Shown here: one piece after another, positions 46,571 to 55,431 of the stretch | How positions within the stretch are numbered: the first letter of the stretch is position 1 | Layout: each line of letters starts with the position of its first letter | Assembly: GCF_026586625.1 (NCBI RefSeq) | Contig: NZ_JAODIW010000008.1 | Location: 93,332 to 157,331, forward strand | Reading direction: 5' to 3' | Source of the DNA: Halobium salinum | GTDB taxonomy: Archaea; Halobacteriota; Halobacteria; Halobacteriales; Haloferacaceae | Length of the DNA stretch: 64,000 nt | Program-made: the position numbers and the translations under genes | The notes under the pieces: generated by a model | What the model was told of the DNA's origin: nothing | The model's database searches: none | What the model saw: only the letters and a program-made list of their open reading frames with translations

Positions 46571-46730
46571 GGGACGAGGCGAAGCGAAACGAAGCGAGGC
46601 GAGGCGAAGCGAGCCGGGACGGACCCGAGGCGAAGCAAAAGCGGAGTGACCGACGCCGGGCGGGCCGGTCGGTCCCGGCGCTCGAAGAGTGAAGCGGAGA
46701 GAGAGAGAGCGGGAGTGAAACGGGGGTGGG
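46571..46730. repeat. Polypurine tract with short tandem repeats (gaggcgaagcga units; gagagagagagag)
   Basis: Seen directly in the sequence. Between the acyl-CoA dehydrogenase 5' end and the HalOD1 gene 3' end. CT-rich on the transcribed strand. Confidence 0.4.
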
Positions 46731-46736
46731 TCGGAG

Positions 46737-47018
46737 CTACGGCGGAGTGACGACGACGCGACCTTCGCTGTAAACCGTGACCTCGCACTCGGCCAGTTCG
46801 AACGTGAGTCGGCCGCCGGTCCTGATGGCGCCGTCGGCCTTCTTTCCGAACACCTGTTCGAGCCCGTCCGGGTCGACCACGTCGTACAGACGCGTGTCGA
46901 GTTTGAGCGGGTCGATTCCGGTCGCTTCGGCCACCGCCTCTACGACGGCCGTGCCGAGTCGCTCCCCGTGGGCGAACCGTTCCACCGTCTCCACCTGAGT
47001 TCCGTGCGTCCCTCCCAT
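46737..47018 (-). CDS. HalOD1-domain small protein
   Basis: 93 aa. …AVVEAVAEATGIDPLKLDTRLYDVVDPDGLEQVF…GRLTFELAECEVTVYSEGRVVVTP matches the HalOD1 output-domain pattern. Confidence 0.55.
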   Translation of the reverse strand: MGGTHGTQVETVERFAHGERLGTAVVEAVAEATGIDPLKLDTRLYDVVDPDGLEQVFGKKADGAIRTGGRLTFELAECEVTVYSEGRVVVTPP

Positions 47019-47068
47019 CCCTGACTGGTGAGAGGACCGTGTTTGAGTCTTAAATATCTATGGGTGAA

Positions 47069-47100
47069 TGAACGGTTCACCCCCGCCAATGAACGGTTCA
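47069..47100. promoter_or_regulatory. Two copies of the perfect 11-bp palindrome TGAACgGTTCA spaced 21 bp centre-to-centre (candidate dimeric TF operator) in a divergent promoter region
   Basis: aTGAACGGTTCAc at 47069-47079 and aTGAACGGTTCAc at 47090-47100. A TATA-like TTAAATATC sits at 47050-47058. Downstream are gtgtcgcNgtcgac-type repeats (47170-47240). Confidence 0.35.
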
Positions 47101-47293
47101 CACGGTGTCTGCGGGCGAGAGGGGGTCGTCGTAGGAAGTCACAGTCGACGGGGAGGAGTCGGTGCGGAGATGTCGCGGTCGGTGTCGAGGTGTCGCAGTC
47201 GACGCGGTGTTGTCGCGGTCGACGGGGGGGACGGCCCTCGAGGCGCCCGCCGGCCGAAGGGTATTATGCCCGCCCCGCTCTTACCGCCTGTCG

Positions 47294-48118
47294 ATGGATT
47301 TTCGCCGGTTCGTTCGTGGCGCGGTCGACTGGCCGCGTCTCGAAGCCGTCGCCCGCGAACTCGCGCGACGCTACGGTCGCGAGGAGCTTCACGTCCGCTA
47401 CCTCGAAGCCGACAACTGGCTCTCCACGCCGATGGTCGTCGACGACGAGTGGTTCGTGAAGGTCGTCTCCAGACAGAACTCGGTCGTCCACGCGCTGTTC
47501 ACCACGGGCCGGAACCTCGGAGCGTTCTCCTCGGGCACCGAGGGGTTCTTCGAACACTTCGGCACGCCGCTCGACATGGCCGAACACGAGTTGGAGGCGA
47601 CCGAACGGATGCGCGAAATCGGCGTCAACGCCCCCGCGCCGGTCGAGGCGTTCGAGGTCGACGGGCTCGGCGTGCTCGTCCTCGAGTACCTTCCCGCGTT
47701 CCGCTCGCTCGACCAACTCGACCGCGAACGGGAACGCGAGGTCGCGCCACAGCTGTTCGAGTCGCTTCGTCTACTTCACGAGAACGGGCTGGCCCACGGC
47801 GACCTCCGGGCCGAGAACGTCCTCATCTGTGACGGCGAACTCTACTTCATCGACGCGACGAGCGTCAGAAAGGACGCCGCCGCCGACGCGCGGGGGTACG
47901 ACCTCGCCTGTGCGCTCGCGGCGCTCGAACCCCTCATCGGGACGCGTGCCGCGGTCGAGGCGGCCCTCGGCGTCTACGACAGCACCGAACTGCTCGCCGC
48001 CCGCGAGTTCCTCGACTTCGTCAACATCCGTCCGGACCACGACTTCGACGCCGCCGCGCTGAAGGGTGAAATCGAGAAGCGCGCCACCGACTCGGGGTCG
48101 GGCCACGGCGTCGCCTGA
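47294..48118 (+). CDS. Protein-kinase-like fold phosphotransferase (RIO/Kdo-kinase-like)
   Basis: Catalytic-loop-like LAHGDLRAENVLICDGELYFIDATS (HGDxxxxN … D) and N-lobe-like …EWFVKVV…. Internal ATG used. Confidence 0.55.
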   Translation: MDFRRFVRGAVDWPRLEAVARELARRYGREELHVRYLEADNWLSTPMVVDDEWFVKVVSRQNSVVHALFTTGRNLGAFSSGTEGFFEHFGTPLDMAEHELEATERMREIGVNAPAPVEAFEVDGLGVLVLEYLPAFRSLDQLDREREREVAPQLFESLRLLHENGLAHGDLRAENVLICDGELYFIDATSVRKDAAADARGYDLACALAALEPLIGTRAAVEAALGVYDSTELLAAREFLDFVNIRPDHDFDAAALKGEIEKRATDSGSGHGVA

Positions 48119-48175
48119 GCGTCGGGGCGCCCGCGTCGGCCGGTTACGAGCCGACTCGGCGCGACCGACGCGACG

Positions 48176-48634
48176 TTACTCCTCGTCTTCGCTCTCGTCG
48201 TCGATGTCGATGGTGACCGCGTCGGTGTCGGGGTCGGAGCCCTCCGTCGTCTCGGCGCGTTCCAGGTGCTTCTCGATGGTATCGACGTTCCACAGGTTCG
48301 ACCGCCAGAACGTGTCGAACACCGTACCGACGACGGGAATCGAGCCGACGCCGAAGTCGATGCCGGTGAGCAGGAGCATCTTGGCGAGTTCCTCCTTCGG
48401 GACGCCCGCACGGGCGCCCTCCGCAACGATGTACAGCGACATTCCGGCGCTGACCGCGTCGCCGCCCACGGGGAGGATGCCGAGGATGGGGTCCAGCCCC
48501 ACCTCGATGTCGGTGCCGGGGACGGTGAAGGCACTGTCCATCAGGTTCGCGACGTAGCGGGCGCGTTCGAGCGCCGCTTCGGGTGTCGGGTCGGTCATCG
48601 ACGGGAAGCCATCCGACGCGTCGGGGTCGTCCAT
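48176..48634 (-). CDS. DUF4112-like membrane protein
   Basis: …LDPILGILPVGGDAVSAGMSLYIV… and …GIDFGVGSIPVVGTVFDTFWRSNLWN… match the DUF4112 pattern. Acidic C-tail. Confidence 0.5.
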   Translation of the reverse strand: MDDPDASDGFPSMTDPTPEAALERARYVANLMDSAFTVPGTDIEVGLDPILGILPVGGDAVSAGMSLYIVAEGARAGVPKEELAKMLLLTGIDFGVGSIPVVGTVFDTFWRSNLWNVDTIEKHLERAETTEGSDPDTDAVTIDIDDESEDEE

Positions 48635-48722
48635 GTACCCCTACTGCGCGCGGCGGGAGCAAGTCGTTGGCGGCCGCTTCGTCTCCCGAGCCGTCGGCTC
48701 ACCGGCCGGGGGTCGCCGCCGT

Positions 48723-49823
48723 TTACTCGTCGGGACCGAATCCGCTGTCGGCTCCTCGGTCGCGTACCCGTCGCATCGTCGCCCGGAGGTCGTCGGGGAC
48801 GGCCGGCGCGTCCGGGGCGGACCCGTGGCCCGCGTCCCTCCGGCCGTCCCCGCGCTCGGCTCCTTCGGTACCCTCCGCCGGTCGCGGAAACGCTCTGAGG
48901 GCCTTGTGGACCGCGATACCCGTCCGCGCGCCGTCCCCGATGGCGATGGGCGTCTGGTTCTGGCCGTGCGTGAGGTCGCCGGCGGCGTACACGCCGTCGA
49001 CGCTCGTCCGGCCGACCTCGTCGGCCGCGACGGAGCCGTCCGCGTTCAGGTCGCAGCCGAGGTCGTTTGCCAGCCCGCTCTCGAACGTCCGGCCGTACAT
49101 CGCGAACCCTCCGAGGTAGTCGCGGCGCTCGCCGTCGGCAAACGTCAACCCGCCGAGCCACAGCTCGTCGCGGTCGTCTGCGGCCTCGTCGGTCGCGTAG
49201 GCCCCGTCGACGATGCGGTCGTCGACGGTCACCGAGTAGGCGTCGAGCTGTGCCGCGACCTCGTCGCTCCAAGTCGGGTCGGCGCCGTCGGGAAACAGGT
49301 CCACGTCCGCCGTGAAGTTCAGCATCGTCAGCGCCACGTGGGCGGCGTGGTCGTCGTGGCCGAGGACGAACACCGGGCCGTCCGCGAGCCCGTAGGCGTC
49401 GCAGTGGAGGCAGTAGTGGAGCCCGCGGCCGGTGAACCGTTCGATTCCGGGGACGCCGGGGTCCTGGTCGCTGAACCCCGTCGCCAGCACGACGGCGTCG
49501 GCCCGTACCGTCGAGCGGTCCCCCCGGAGTTCGAAGCGTTCGGGGACGGCGTCGCCCGGCCGTTCGACGGTCTCGACGCGCTCCTCGTACACGTCGCCAC
49601 CGTACTCGTCGAGCTGTGCTTTCGCCTCGGCGCTCAGTTCGGCGCCGCTGGTCGCCTCCGAGAGCCCGATGAGGTTGTGGACGTGGCTCGCCGACTCGTG
49701 ACGCCCGCCGACGCCGTCGACGAGGGCGGTCCGATGACCGAGACGCGTCGTGTACAGGGCCGCGGTCGCGCCGGCCGGCCCGCCGCCGACGACCGCGACC
49801 TCGTAGGAGGGGTTCCGTCTCAC
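48723..49823 (-). CDS. Thioredoxin-reductase-like FAD/NAD(P)-dependent pyridine nucleotide-disulfide oxidoreductase
   Basis: YEVAVVGGGPAGATAALY (FAD GxGxxG), …LHYCLHCDAYG… (redox-active CxxC), and …VYAAGDLTHGQNQ…. GTG start assumed at 49823 because no ATG precedes the conserved region. The upstream roughly 320 aa of the ORF is Arg-rich junk. Confidence 0.7.
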   Translation of the reverse strand: MRRNPSYEVAVVGGGPAGATAALYTTRLGHRTALVDGVGGRHESASHVHNLIGLSEATSGAELSAEAKAQLDEYGGDVYEERVETVERPGDAVPERFELRGDRSTVRADAVVLATGFSDQDPGVPGIERFTGRGLHYCLHCDAYGLADGPVFVLGHDDHAAHVALTMLNFTADVDLFPDGADPTWSDEVAAQLDAYSVTVDDRIVDGAYATDEAADDRDELWLGGLTFADGERRDYLGGFAMYGRTFESGLANDLGCDLNADGSVAADEVGRTSVDGVYAAGDLTHGQNQTPIAIGDGARTGIAVHKALRAFPRPAEGTEGAERGDGRRDAGHGSAPDAPAVPDDLRATMRRVRDRGADSGFGPDE

Positions 49824-49903
49824 GTCCCCTGGTCCGACGGGCGGACGGTTCCGCGTTGGGGCAGGCGTCGGCCGGCCCGAGTGATCCTCCCCGAAACACT
49901 CGC

Positions 49904-51319
49904 CTACCACCGCTCGACGACGGTCGCGTCCCCGCCGACGGCGACGATACGCTCGTCGCCGGCCGCGACCCCGAACAGGTCCGCCTCGGTCGGTACCGGC
50001 ACCGCCGTCCACGAGCCGTCGCCCTCGTCGAGGACGACCGTGCCGCCGTCCCCGACCGCGACCCCGAGTCGGGTTCCGGCGTCCCTGTCGACGCCGGCGA
50101 GCGTCGACTCGGCGACCCGCTCGGGCGTCCAGACGCCGTCCGCGTGTCGGTGGACGCGGCCGTCCGCCGCGGCGACCTCGACATCGGCTTTCGCGACGGT
50201 CGCGTCGCGAAGCGCGTCGGCACCGTCGATGCCGACCGTCTCGAACGTCCCGCCGTCGCCCTCGGCGAGGAACACCGAGCCGTTCGTGTCGCAGGCGACG
50301 ACGCGTCCCGTGCCCGGGTCGGCCACGACGGCGCTCAGACTCGACCCGCTGCCGGGTTTCGTCGGCTCGTCCCACGTCGGTTCGGCGTCGCCGTCGGTCC
50401 GCGACCCCCGCATCACCGCGCCGGAGCCGTTCACGAGGTACACCGTCTCTTCGCCGGCGTCGCCGACGACCGCCACGTCGTTCCAGGTGCTCGTCCGGTC
50501 CTCGGGCGCGGAGAGGTCGACGTGTCGCCTCCGCTCGGTGTCGTAGACGCCGAGCGCGCCGCCGTCGCCGGCGACCCAGATGGCCCGTCCGTCGTCGCTG
50601 AGGTCGACCCCGCGGAGGGTCTCCCCCTCGGCTCCGGGTCCGTGGCCGAGAATCGACTCCCAGCGGTCGTCCTCGCGAGCGAGGAGAACGCCGCCGTCGC
50701 CGACCGCGTAGGCGGCGCCGTCGGCGACGGCGACGGCGTTGAGTGCCGCGTCGGTGGGGACGGTCGCCGTCGTCCACTCGGCCGACGTGACGTCCGCGTC
50801 GGCGTCGCGGTCGGTGTCGGTATCCCCGCCCCTGTCGGCGTCGCTCTCAGCGTCGGCGTCACCGTCCGTGTCGACATCCTCGCCCGTATCGGTATGTTCG
50901 TCTCCGTGCGCCGACGTGGCGTCGTCGACCCCCGTCGTCGGCGCCCCCTCGGCGGGGTCGGCCGGGTCGGTCGCGGCGGTCGTCGCGTCCGGTTCGCCGC
51001 GTTCGTCGGTGGACACAGCGGCCCGTTCGTCGGGAGCGGAGTCGGTCGCGGACCCGTCGCGTGCCGGGTCCGTCGACCGGGAGTCGTCGCCGGTGTCGGC
51101 CCCGGTTCGTCGGCTCCCCCGAGTCGCGTAGAGGTACGCCGGCGGGAGGACGTAAATCACGATGCCGGCGACCGCGAACGCCGGGTTCCCGGCGACCGAG
51201 TAGAGCAGTGCGAACAGCGTGAGCAGCGCCGCCGCTCCGGCGTGAATCCCCGACCGCCCGTACCGACGGAAGAACGACACGAAATCGTCGCCCTCGCGTC
51301 CGGTCGTCTCGGTAGCCAT
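49904..51319 (-). CDS. Membrane-anchored beta-propeller-like (Ycf48/BNR-like repeat) protein with long acidic linker
   Basis: Two N-terminal TM helices, roughly 130 aa of D/T/E-rich linker, then repeated …G..G.V……DGG.TW… blocks (…WESILGHGPG…, …IWVAGDGGALGVYD…, …VYLVNGSGAVMRG…, …VVACDTNGSVFLAEGDGGTFE…). Confidence 0.45.
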   Translation of the reverse strand: MATETTGREGDDFVSFFRRYGRSGIHAGAAALLTLFALLYSVAGNPAFAVAGIVIYVLPPAYLYATRGSRRTGADTGDDSRSTDPARDGSATDSAPDERAAVSTDERGEPDATTAATDPADPAEGAPTTGVDDATSAHGDEHTDTGEDVDTDGDADAESDADRGGDTDTDRDADADVTSAEWTTATVPTDAALNAVAVADGAAYAVGDGGVLLAREDDRWESILGHGPGAEGETLRGVDLSDDGRAIWVAGDGGALGVYDTERRRHVDLSAPEDRTSTWNDVAVVGDAGEETVYLVNGSGAVMRGSRTDGDAEPTWDEPTKPGSGSSLSAVVADPGTGRVVACDTNGSVFLAEGDGGTFETVGIDGADALRDATVAKADVEVAAADGRVHRHADGVWTPERVAESTLAGVDRDAGTRLGVAVGDGGTVVLDEGDGSWTAVPVPTEADLFGVAAGDERIVAVGGDATVVERW

Positions 51320-51455
51320 TACCCGGCCGTTCGCCGGTGAGACGTTTCAGGCTTGTCGCCGTCGCGGATACTGTCGCGGCCGCGCGACGTGTCAGGCGTC
51401 ACCCGGCGTCCAACCACCTGGATTTTTCTCCCCCGCTCTCGCAAGTTTTACCGAC

Positions 51456-52994
51456 ATGAGTCAGCAGACAGCCGAGGTCTATCAGCACTACATCGGCGGC
51501 GAGTGGACCGACGGCGAGGGAGAGGAGACGTTCGAGAGCGAGAACCCGGCGACCGGCGAGACGCTCGGGGAGTTCACACGCGGCACCGAGGCGGACGTCG
51601 ACCGCGCGATGACTGCGGCCGACGAGGCGTTCGAGGAGTGGCGCGCGCTCTCGCGAATCGAGCGCGCCGAGTACCTCTGGGACATCTACCAGGAGCTCAA
51701 AGACCGCCACGACGAACTCGGCGAGGTCGTCACGAAGGAGTGCGGCAAGGAGATTTCGGAAGGGAAGGCCGACGTGGCCGAGGCGTGGCACATGGTCGAG
51801 TGGGCCGCCGGCGACGCCCGCCACCCGAAGGGCGACGTGGTACCCAGCGAAATCGCCGAGAAGGACGCGTACATGCGCCGCAAGCCCCGCGGCGTCGTCG
51901 GCTGCATCACGCCGTGGAACTTCCCGGTCGCCATCCCGTTCTGGCACATGGCCGTCGCCCTCGTGGAGGGGAACACGGTCGTCTGGAAGCCCGCCGAGCA
52001 GACGCCGTGGTGCGGGCAGATAATCGCCGAGATGTTCGAGTCGACCGGCATCCCCGACGGCGTGTTCAACATGGTTCAGGGCTTTGGTGACGCCGGCGCC
52101 GCCGTCGTCGACGACGAGCGCACCGCCACGGTCCTGTTCACGGGGAGCGCCGAGGTCGGCCACCAGGTCGCCCAGGAGGTCGCCCAGAAGCCCGGCACGC
52201 TCGCGGCGTGTGAGATGGGCGGGAAGAACGGCATCGTAATCACCGAGAACGCGGACCTCGACATCGCCGTCCACTCGGCCATCATGTCGAGCTTCAAGAC
52301 GACCGGCCAGCGCTGTGTCTCCTCGGAGCGCCTCATCGTCCACGAGGACGTGTACGACGAGTTCAAGGAGCGCTACGTCGACATCGCGAAGGAAGTCTCC
52401 GTCGGCGACCCCCTCGACGAGGGGACGTTCATGGGGCCGCTCATCGAGGCCGAGCACAAGGAGAAGGTCACGAAGTACAACCAGCTCGCCGAGGACGAGG
52501 ACGTGAACGTGCTCGTCGACCGCACCGAACTCGACGAGAGCGAGATTCCCGACGGCCACGAGGGCGGTCACTGGGTCGGCCCGTTCGTCTACGAGGCCGA
52601 CGCGGGCGCCGACCTGCGCTGCACCCACGAGGAGGTGTTCGGTCCGCATGTCGCCCTCCTCGAATACTCCGGCGACGTCGACGACGCCATCGAGATTCAC
52701 AACGACACCGAGTACGGCCTCGCCGGCGCCATCATCTCCGAGGACTACCGGCAGATCAACCGCTTCCGCGACCGCGCCGAAATCGGCCTCGCGTACGGCA
52801 ACCTCCCCTGCATCGGTGCGGAGGTCCAGCTTCCCTTCGGCGGCGTGAAGAAGTCCGGCAACGGCTACCCGAGCGCCCGAGAGGTCATCGAGGCCGTCAC
52901 CGAGCGCACCGCGTGGACGCTCAACAACTCGAAGGACATCCAGATGGCCCAGGGGCTGTCTGCCGATATCAAGACGAGCGGGCAGGACGACTAA
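51456..52994 (+). CDS. NAD(P)+-dependent aldehyde dehydrogenase
   Basis: …VVGCITPWNFPVAIPFW… and the catalytic …FKTTGQRCVSSERLIVH… (Cys), with …LEMGGKNG…-type ACEMGGKNG (Glu). Confidence 0.9.
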   Translation: MSQQTAEVYQHYIGGEWTDGEGEETFESENPATGETLGEFTRGTEADVDRAMTAADEAFEEWRALSRIERAEYLWDIYQELKDRHDELGEVVTKECGKEISEGKADVAEAWHMVEWAAGDARHPKGDVVPSEIAEKDAYMRRKPRGVVGCITPWNFPVAIPFWHMAVALVEGNTVVWKPAEQTPWCGQIIAEMFESTGIPDGVFNMVQGFGDAGAAVVDDERTATVLFTGSAEVGHQVAQEVAQKPGTLAACEMGGKNGIVITENADLDIAVHSAIMSSFKTTGQRCVSSERLIVHEDVYDEFKERYVDIAKEVSVGDPLDEGTFMGPLIEAEHKEKVTKYNQLAEDEDVNVLVDRTELDESEIPDGHEGGHWVGPFVYEADAGADLRCTHEEVFGPHVALLEYSGDVDDAIEIHNDTEYGLAGAIISEDYRQINRFRDRAEIGLAYGNLPCIGAEVQLPFGGVKKSGNGYPSAREVIEAVTERTAWTLNNSKDIQMAQGLSADIKTSGQDD

Positions 52995-53276
52995 GCGCAA
53001 CGACGCCGGGCAGTCTCGGCTGCCTGGCCATCACTGACGCGGTAGTGCAGGTGGCCGAACGCAACGGCGCGGGTGGGCTCGTCCGTCTGCGACTCGCCGA
53101 AGCGACCGCGTGACGACTCGGGTTCGGGACGACCGGTTTGCGGCTGCTGACCGAGTTACCGACGCGACAACGCGAGAATCACGACGGAGCGTAGCGACCC
53201 CGGCGCGGCCGCTGTGAGGGTGATTTTCAAAGAAAGTCGATGTGAGTCGGACGCGAACTGAACGCCGTTCGGCGCG

Positions 53277-53948
53277 TCAGTTCGCGGTCGTGTTGCCGGC
53301 CGTCGAATTACCCATCGTCTCGTTGCCCATCGTCGTGTTTCCGGTCGCGTTGCCGCCCGAGAGGTTCCCCTCGTCGCCGGCCGTCTGTGCGACGTCGCCG
53401 TCGAGGTTGACCGTGTAGTTCGTCACTTCGGCCATCTGGGCCTCCTCGAACACGACGTCGAAGTCCCAGGACTCTCCCGTCGGGAGGCCGGCGGTCTGGG
53501 CCTCCTCGGTTTCGTCGACGAACTCGTAGAGGACCTCACCTTGGTCGTCCTGGAGCGTGACCTCGGCTTCGACGGTCTCGTAGGCCTGCTCACCGGTGTT
53601 CTCGACCGTCCCGCGGAGACCGACCTCGCCGTTGGTCTGGTAGAGTTCACGGGTCGTGACCTCCAGACCCTCGGGCGAATCACCGATTTCACCGTCGACG
53701 TCGACGACGTCGCCGTCGGTCCCTGCGGCACTCTCGTTGCCGCCGGACTCGTTGCCGGCCATCGACTCGTTACCCGCCATCGACTCGTTGCCGGCGGTCC
53801 CGTTGTCGGTGGCCTCACTACCGCTCTCGTTCTCTGCGGAGGCGTTCTCGCTCCCGCCACCCGACTGTCCGCCACAGCCGGCGAGCGCCATCCCGCCGGC
53901 GACCGCGCCTGCCGTCTTCAGCAGTTTGCGTCGATGCATCACGTCCAC
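53277..53948 (-). CDS. Tat-secreted lipoprotein with sequon-rich (N-E-S / N-x-T) low-complexity termini flanking an acidic globular core
   Basis: RRKLLKTAGAVAGGMALAGC (Tat plus lipobox). The N-terminal region contains …NASAENESGSEATDNGTAGNESMAGNESMAGNESGGNES…. The C-terminus ends …NLSGGNATGNTTMGNETMGNSTAGNTTAN. Confidence 0.55.
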   Translation of the reverse strand: MDVMHRRKLLKTAGAVAGGMALAGCGGQSGGGSENASAENESGSEATDNGTAGNESMAGNESMAGNESGGNESAAGTDGDVVDVDGEIGDSPEGLEVTTRELYQTNGEVGLRGTVENTGEQAYETVEAEVTLQDDQGEVLYEFVDETEEAQTAGLPTGESWDFDVVFEEAQMAEVTNYTVNLDGDVAQTAGDEGNLSGGNATGNTTMGNETMGNSTAGNTTAN

Positions 53949-54154
53949 GTGCTCACGAAACGGGGTTACCGAGTGAGGCTGTATTTACAGCCCTTTTTCC
54001 GACGGTCGGGGGACCGCCGGGGCAACGCCCCCACCGCGAGAGCGTTTGACACGGTCCCGTACGGGTTCGGCGCCCTCCCCGGTTCCCTGCCCATAATCGT
54101 TTTGCGCACACGGTCCTTCCCTGCGGACGAGTAGCTCTCCTCCAGACCCCTACC

Positions 54155-54826
54155 ATGACTACCGACACCGTCTCCGACACGTTCGCGGGGAACGCACTGC
54201 GTATCCGGGCGGCCGGCGGCGCTAGCCTGCTCGGCGCCCTACTGATGACGTTCGCCGTCCTCCGCCGGGCCACCGCCGACTTCACCAACTTCGGGCCGGT
54301 CGACGACGGCGTGCTGTTCGACGTCCAGCGCGTCGTCTTCCGCGTCGACAACGGCGTGCTCGTGCTCTCCATCGCCCTGCTGTTCATCGGGCTTCTCGGG
54401 CTCTGGACCCGCCAACAGTGGGTCTCCGGCTGGCTGTGGAACGCCGGCATCGCCGCCACCGGCGGCGGGTTCATCCTCGCTCTGCTCTCGGCGGTCGCCC
54501 AGACCGCCTTCGTCGGGAGCGACACCGCCCTCGGCGGCGTCGTCGGCATCGGCTTCGCCCTCGGAAACTTCCTGTTTTTCATGGGCGGGCTCCCGCTCGG
54601 TCTCGCGCTGTACCTGCAGGCCGAACCGGCCATCCTGAAGATAGCCGGCCTCGCACTGATGGGCGCCGGCCCCTCGCTGTCGATGGCCGCGATGTTCTAC
54701 ACCGTGAACACCGTCCTCGGTGCCCTGCTGTTCGTCGGCCCCATCGCCACCGCCTGGGGGCTCGTCGGTTACTACCTCGTCGCCGAGGGGACCGGGGCCC
54801 CGATGCCGCTGCGCGGTTGGGCCTGA
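54155..54826 (+). CDS. Hypothetical polytopic membrane protein
   Basis: 223 aa with six to seven hydrophobic segments and Gly-rich helices. Confidence 0.5.
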   Translation: MTTDTVSDTFAGNALRIRAAGGASLLGALLMTFAVLRRATADFTNFGPVDDGVLFDVQRVVFRVDNGVLVLSIALLFIGLLGLWTRQQWVSGWLWNAGIAATGGGFILALLSAVAQTAFVGSDTALGGVVGIGFALGNFLFFMGGLPLGLALYLQAEPAILKIAGLALMGAGPSLSMAAMFYTVNTVLGALLFVGPIATAWGLVGYYLVAEGTGAPMPLRGWA

Positions 54827-55431
54827 GCACTCCCTGTTCGACGTTCGACCGTCGTCCGACGCTCAACTTTCGGCTCGCCGCGTCTCCAATACCGACCCCG
54901 ATACGGCGCGGACCCTCCGCGCCGACCGTCGATGACAGACGGCCGACACCGACGGCTCACGGTGGACGGTCGACGGTGAACGCACCGTGGTCGGCGCGTG
55001 CGAGAATCGGGAATGCCGACGCGTCGCTCGGGGGCGGGGTTCGAGTCGAGAGGACGACGTCGGTACGGGTCGACTCCACGGAGCGAGGCGCACGAGCGGA
55101 GCGCCGTCGCTCCCTGGAAGTTGGAACGCCCCTGCCGGGCTCAGGGGCGGGCGTCGTCACGCCTTGAGTCGGCGGCTGTCCGGCCGCCGGTCGCGGTACC
55201 ACAGCGGACCCCTACGCCGTGGATGTGCGCGGTTTCGTGCCGGAATGACGAGAAAAGCGTCAATCACCGGCATCAGTTCGTTGCGCTCCCCCTTTAATAA
55301 ACCCTTCGACCGCGAGTACGCGACGTCGTCACACGCTCACGTGTCCGGGAGCGTCGCTCCCGGCGACCGGAGTGGGACCGAGCGGTCGTGGGTCGCTCGG
55401 GGCGGCCGTGGTTCAGTCGGGGGGCTGTCGT

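Noticed and set aside
55030-55110. Possible tRNA, because a GGTTCGAGTC T-loop-like motif sits in the long intergenic region.
   Set aside because: The flanking sequence does not form a 5-bp T-stem, an acceptor stem or an anticodon arm. It is probably a chance match in GC-rich DNA.
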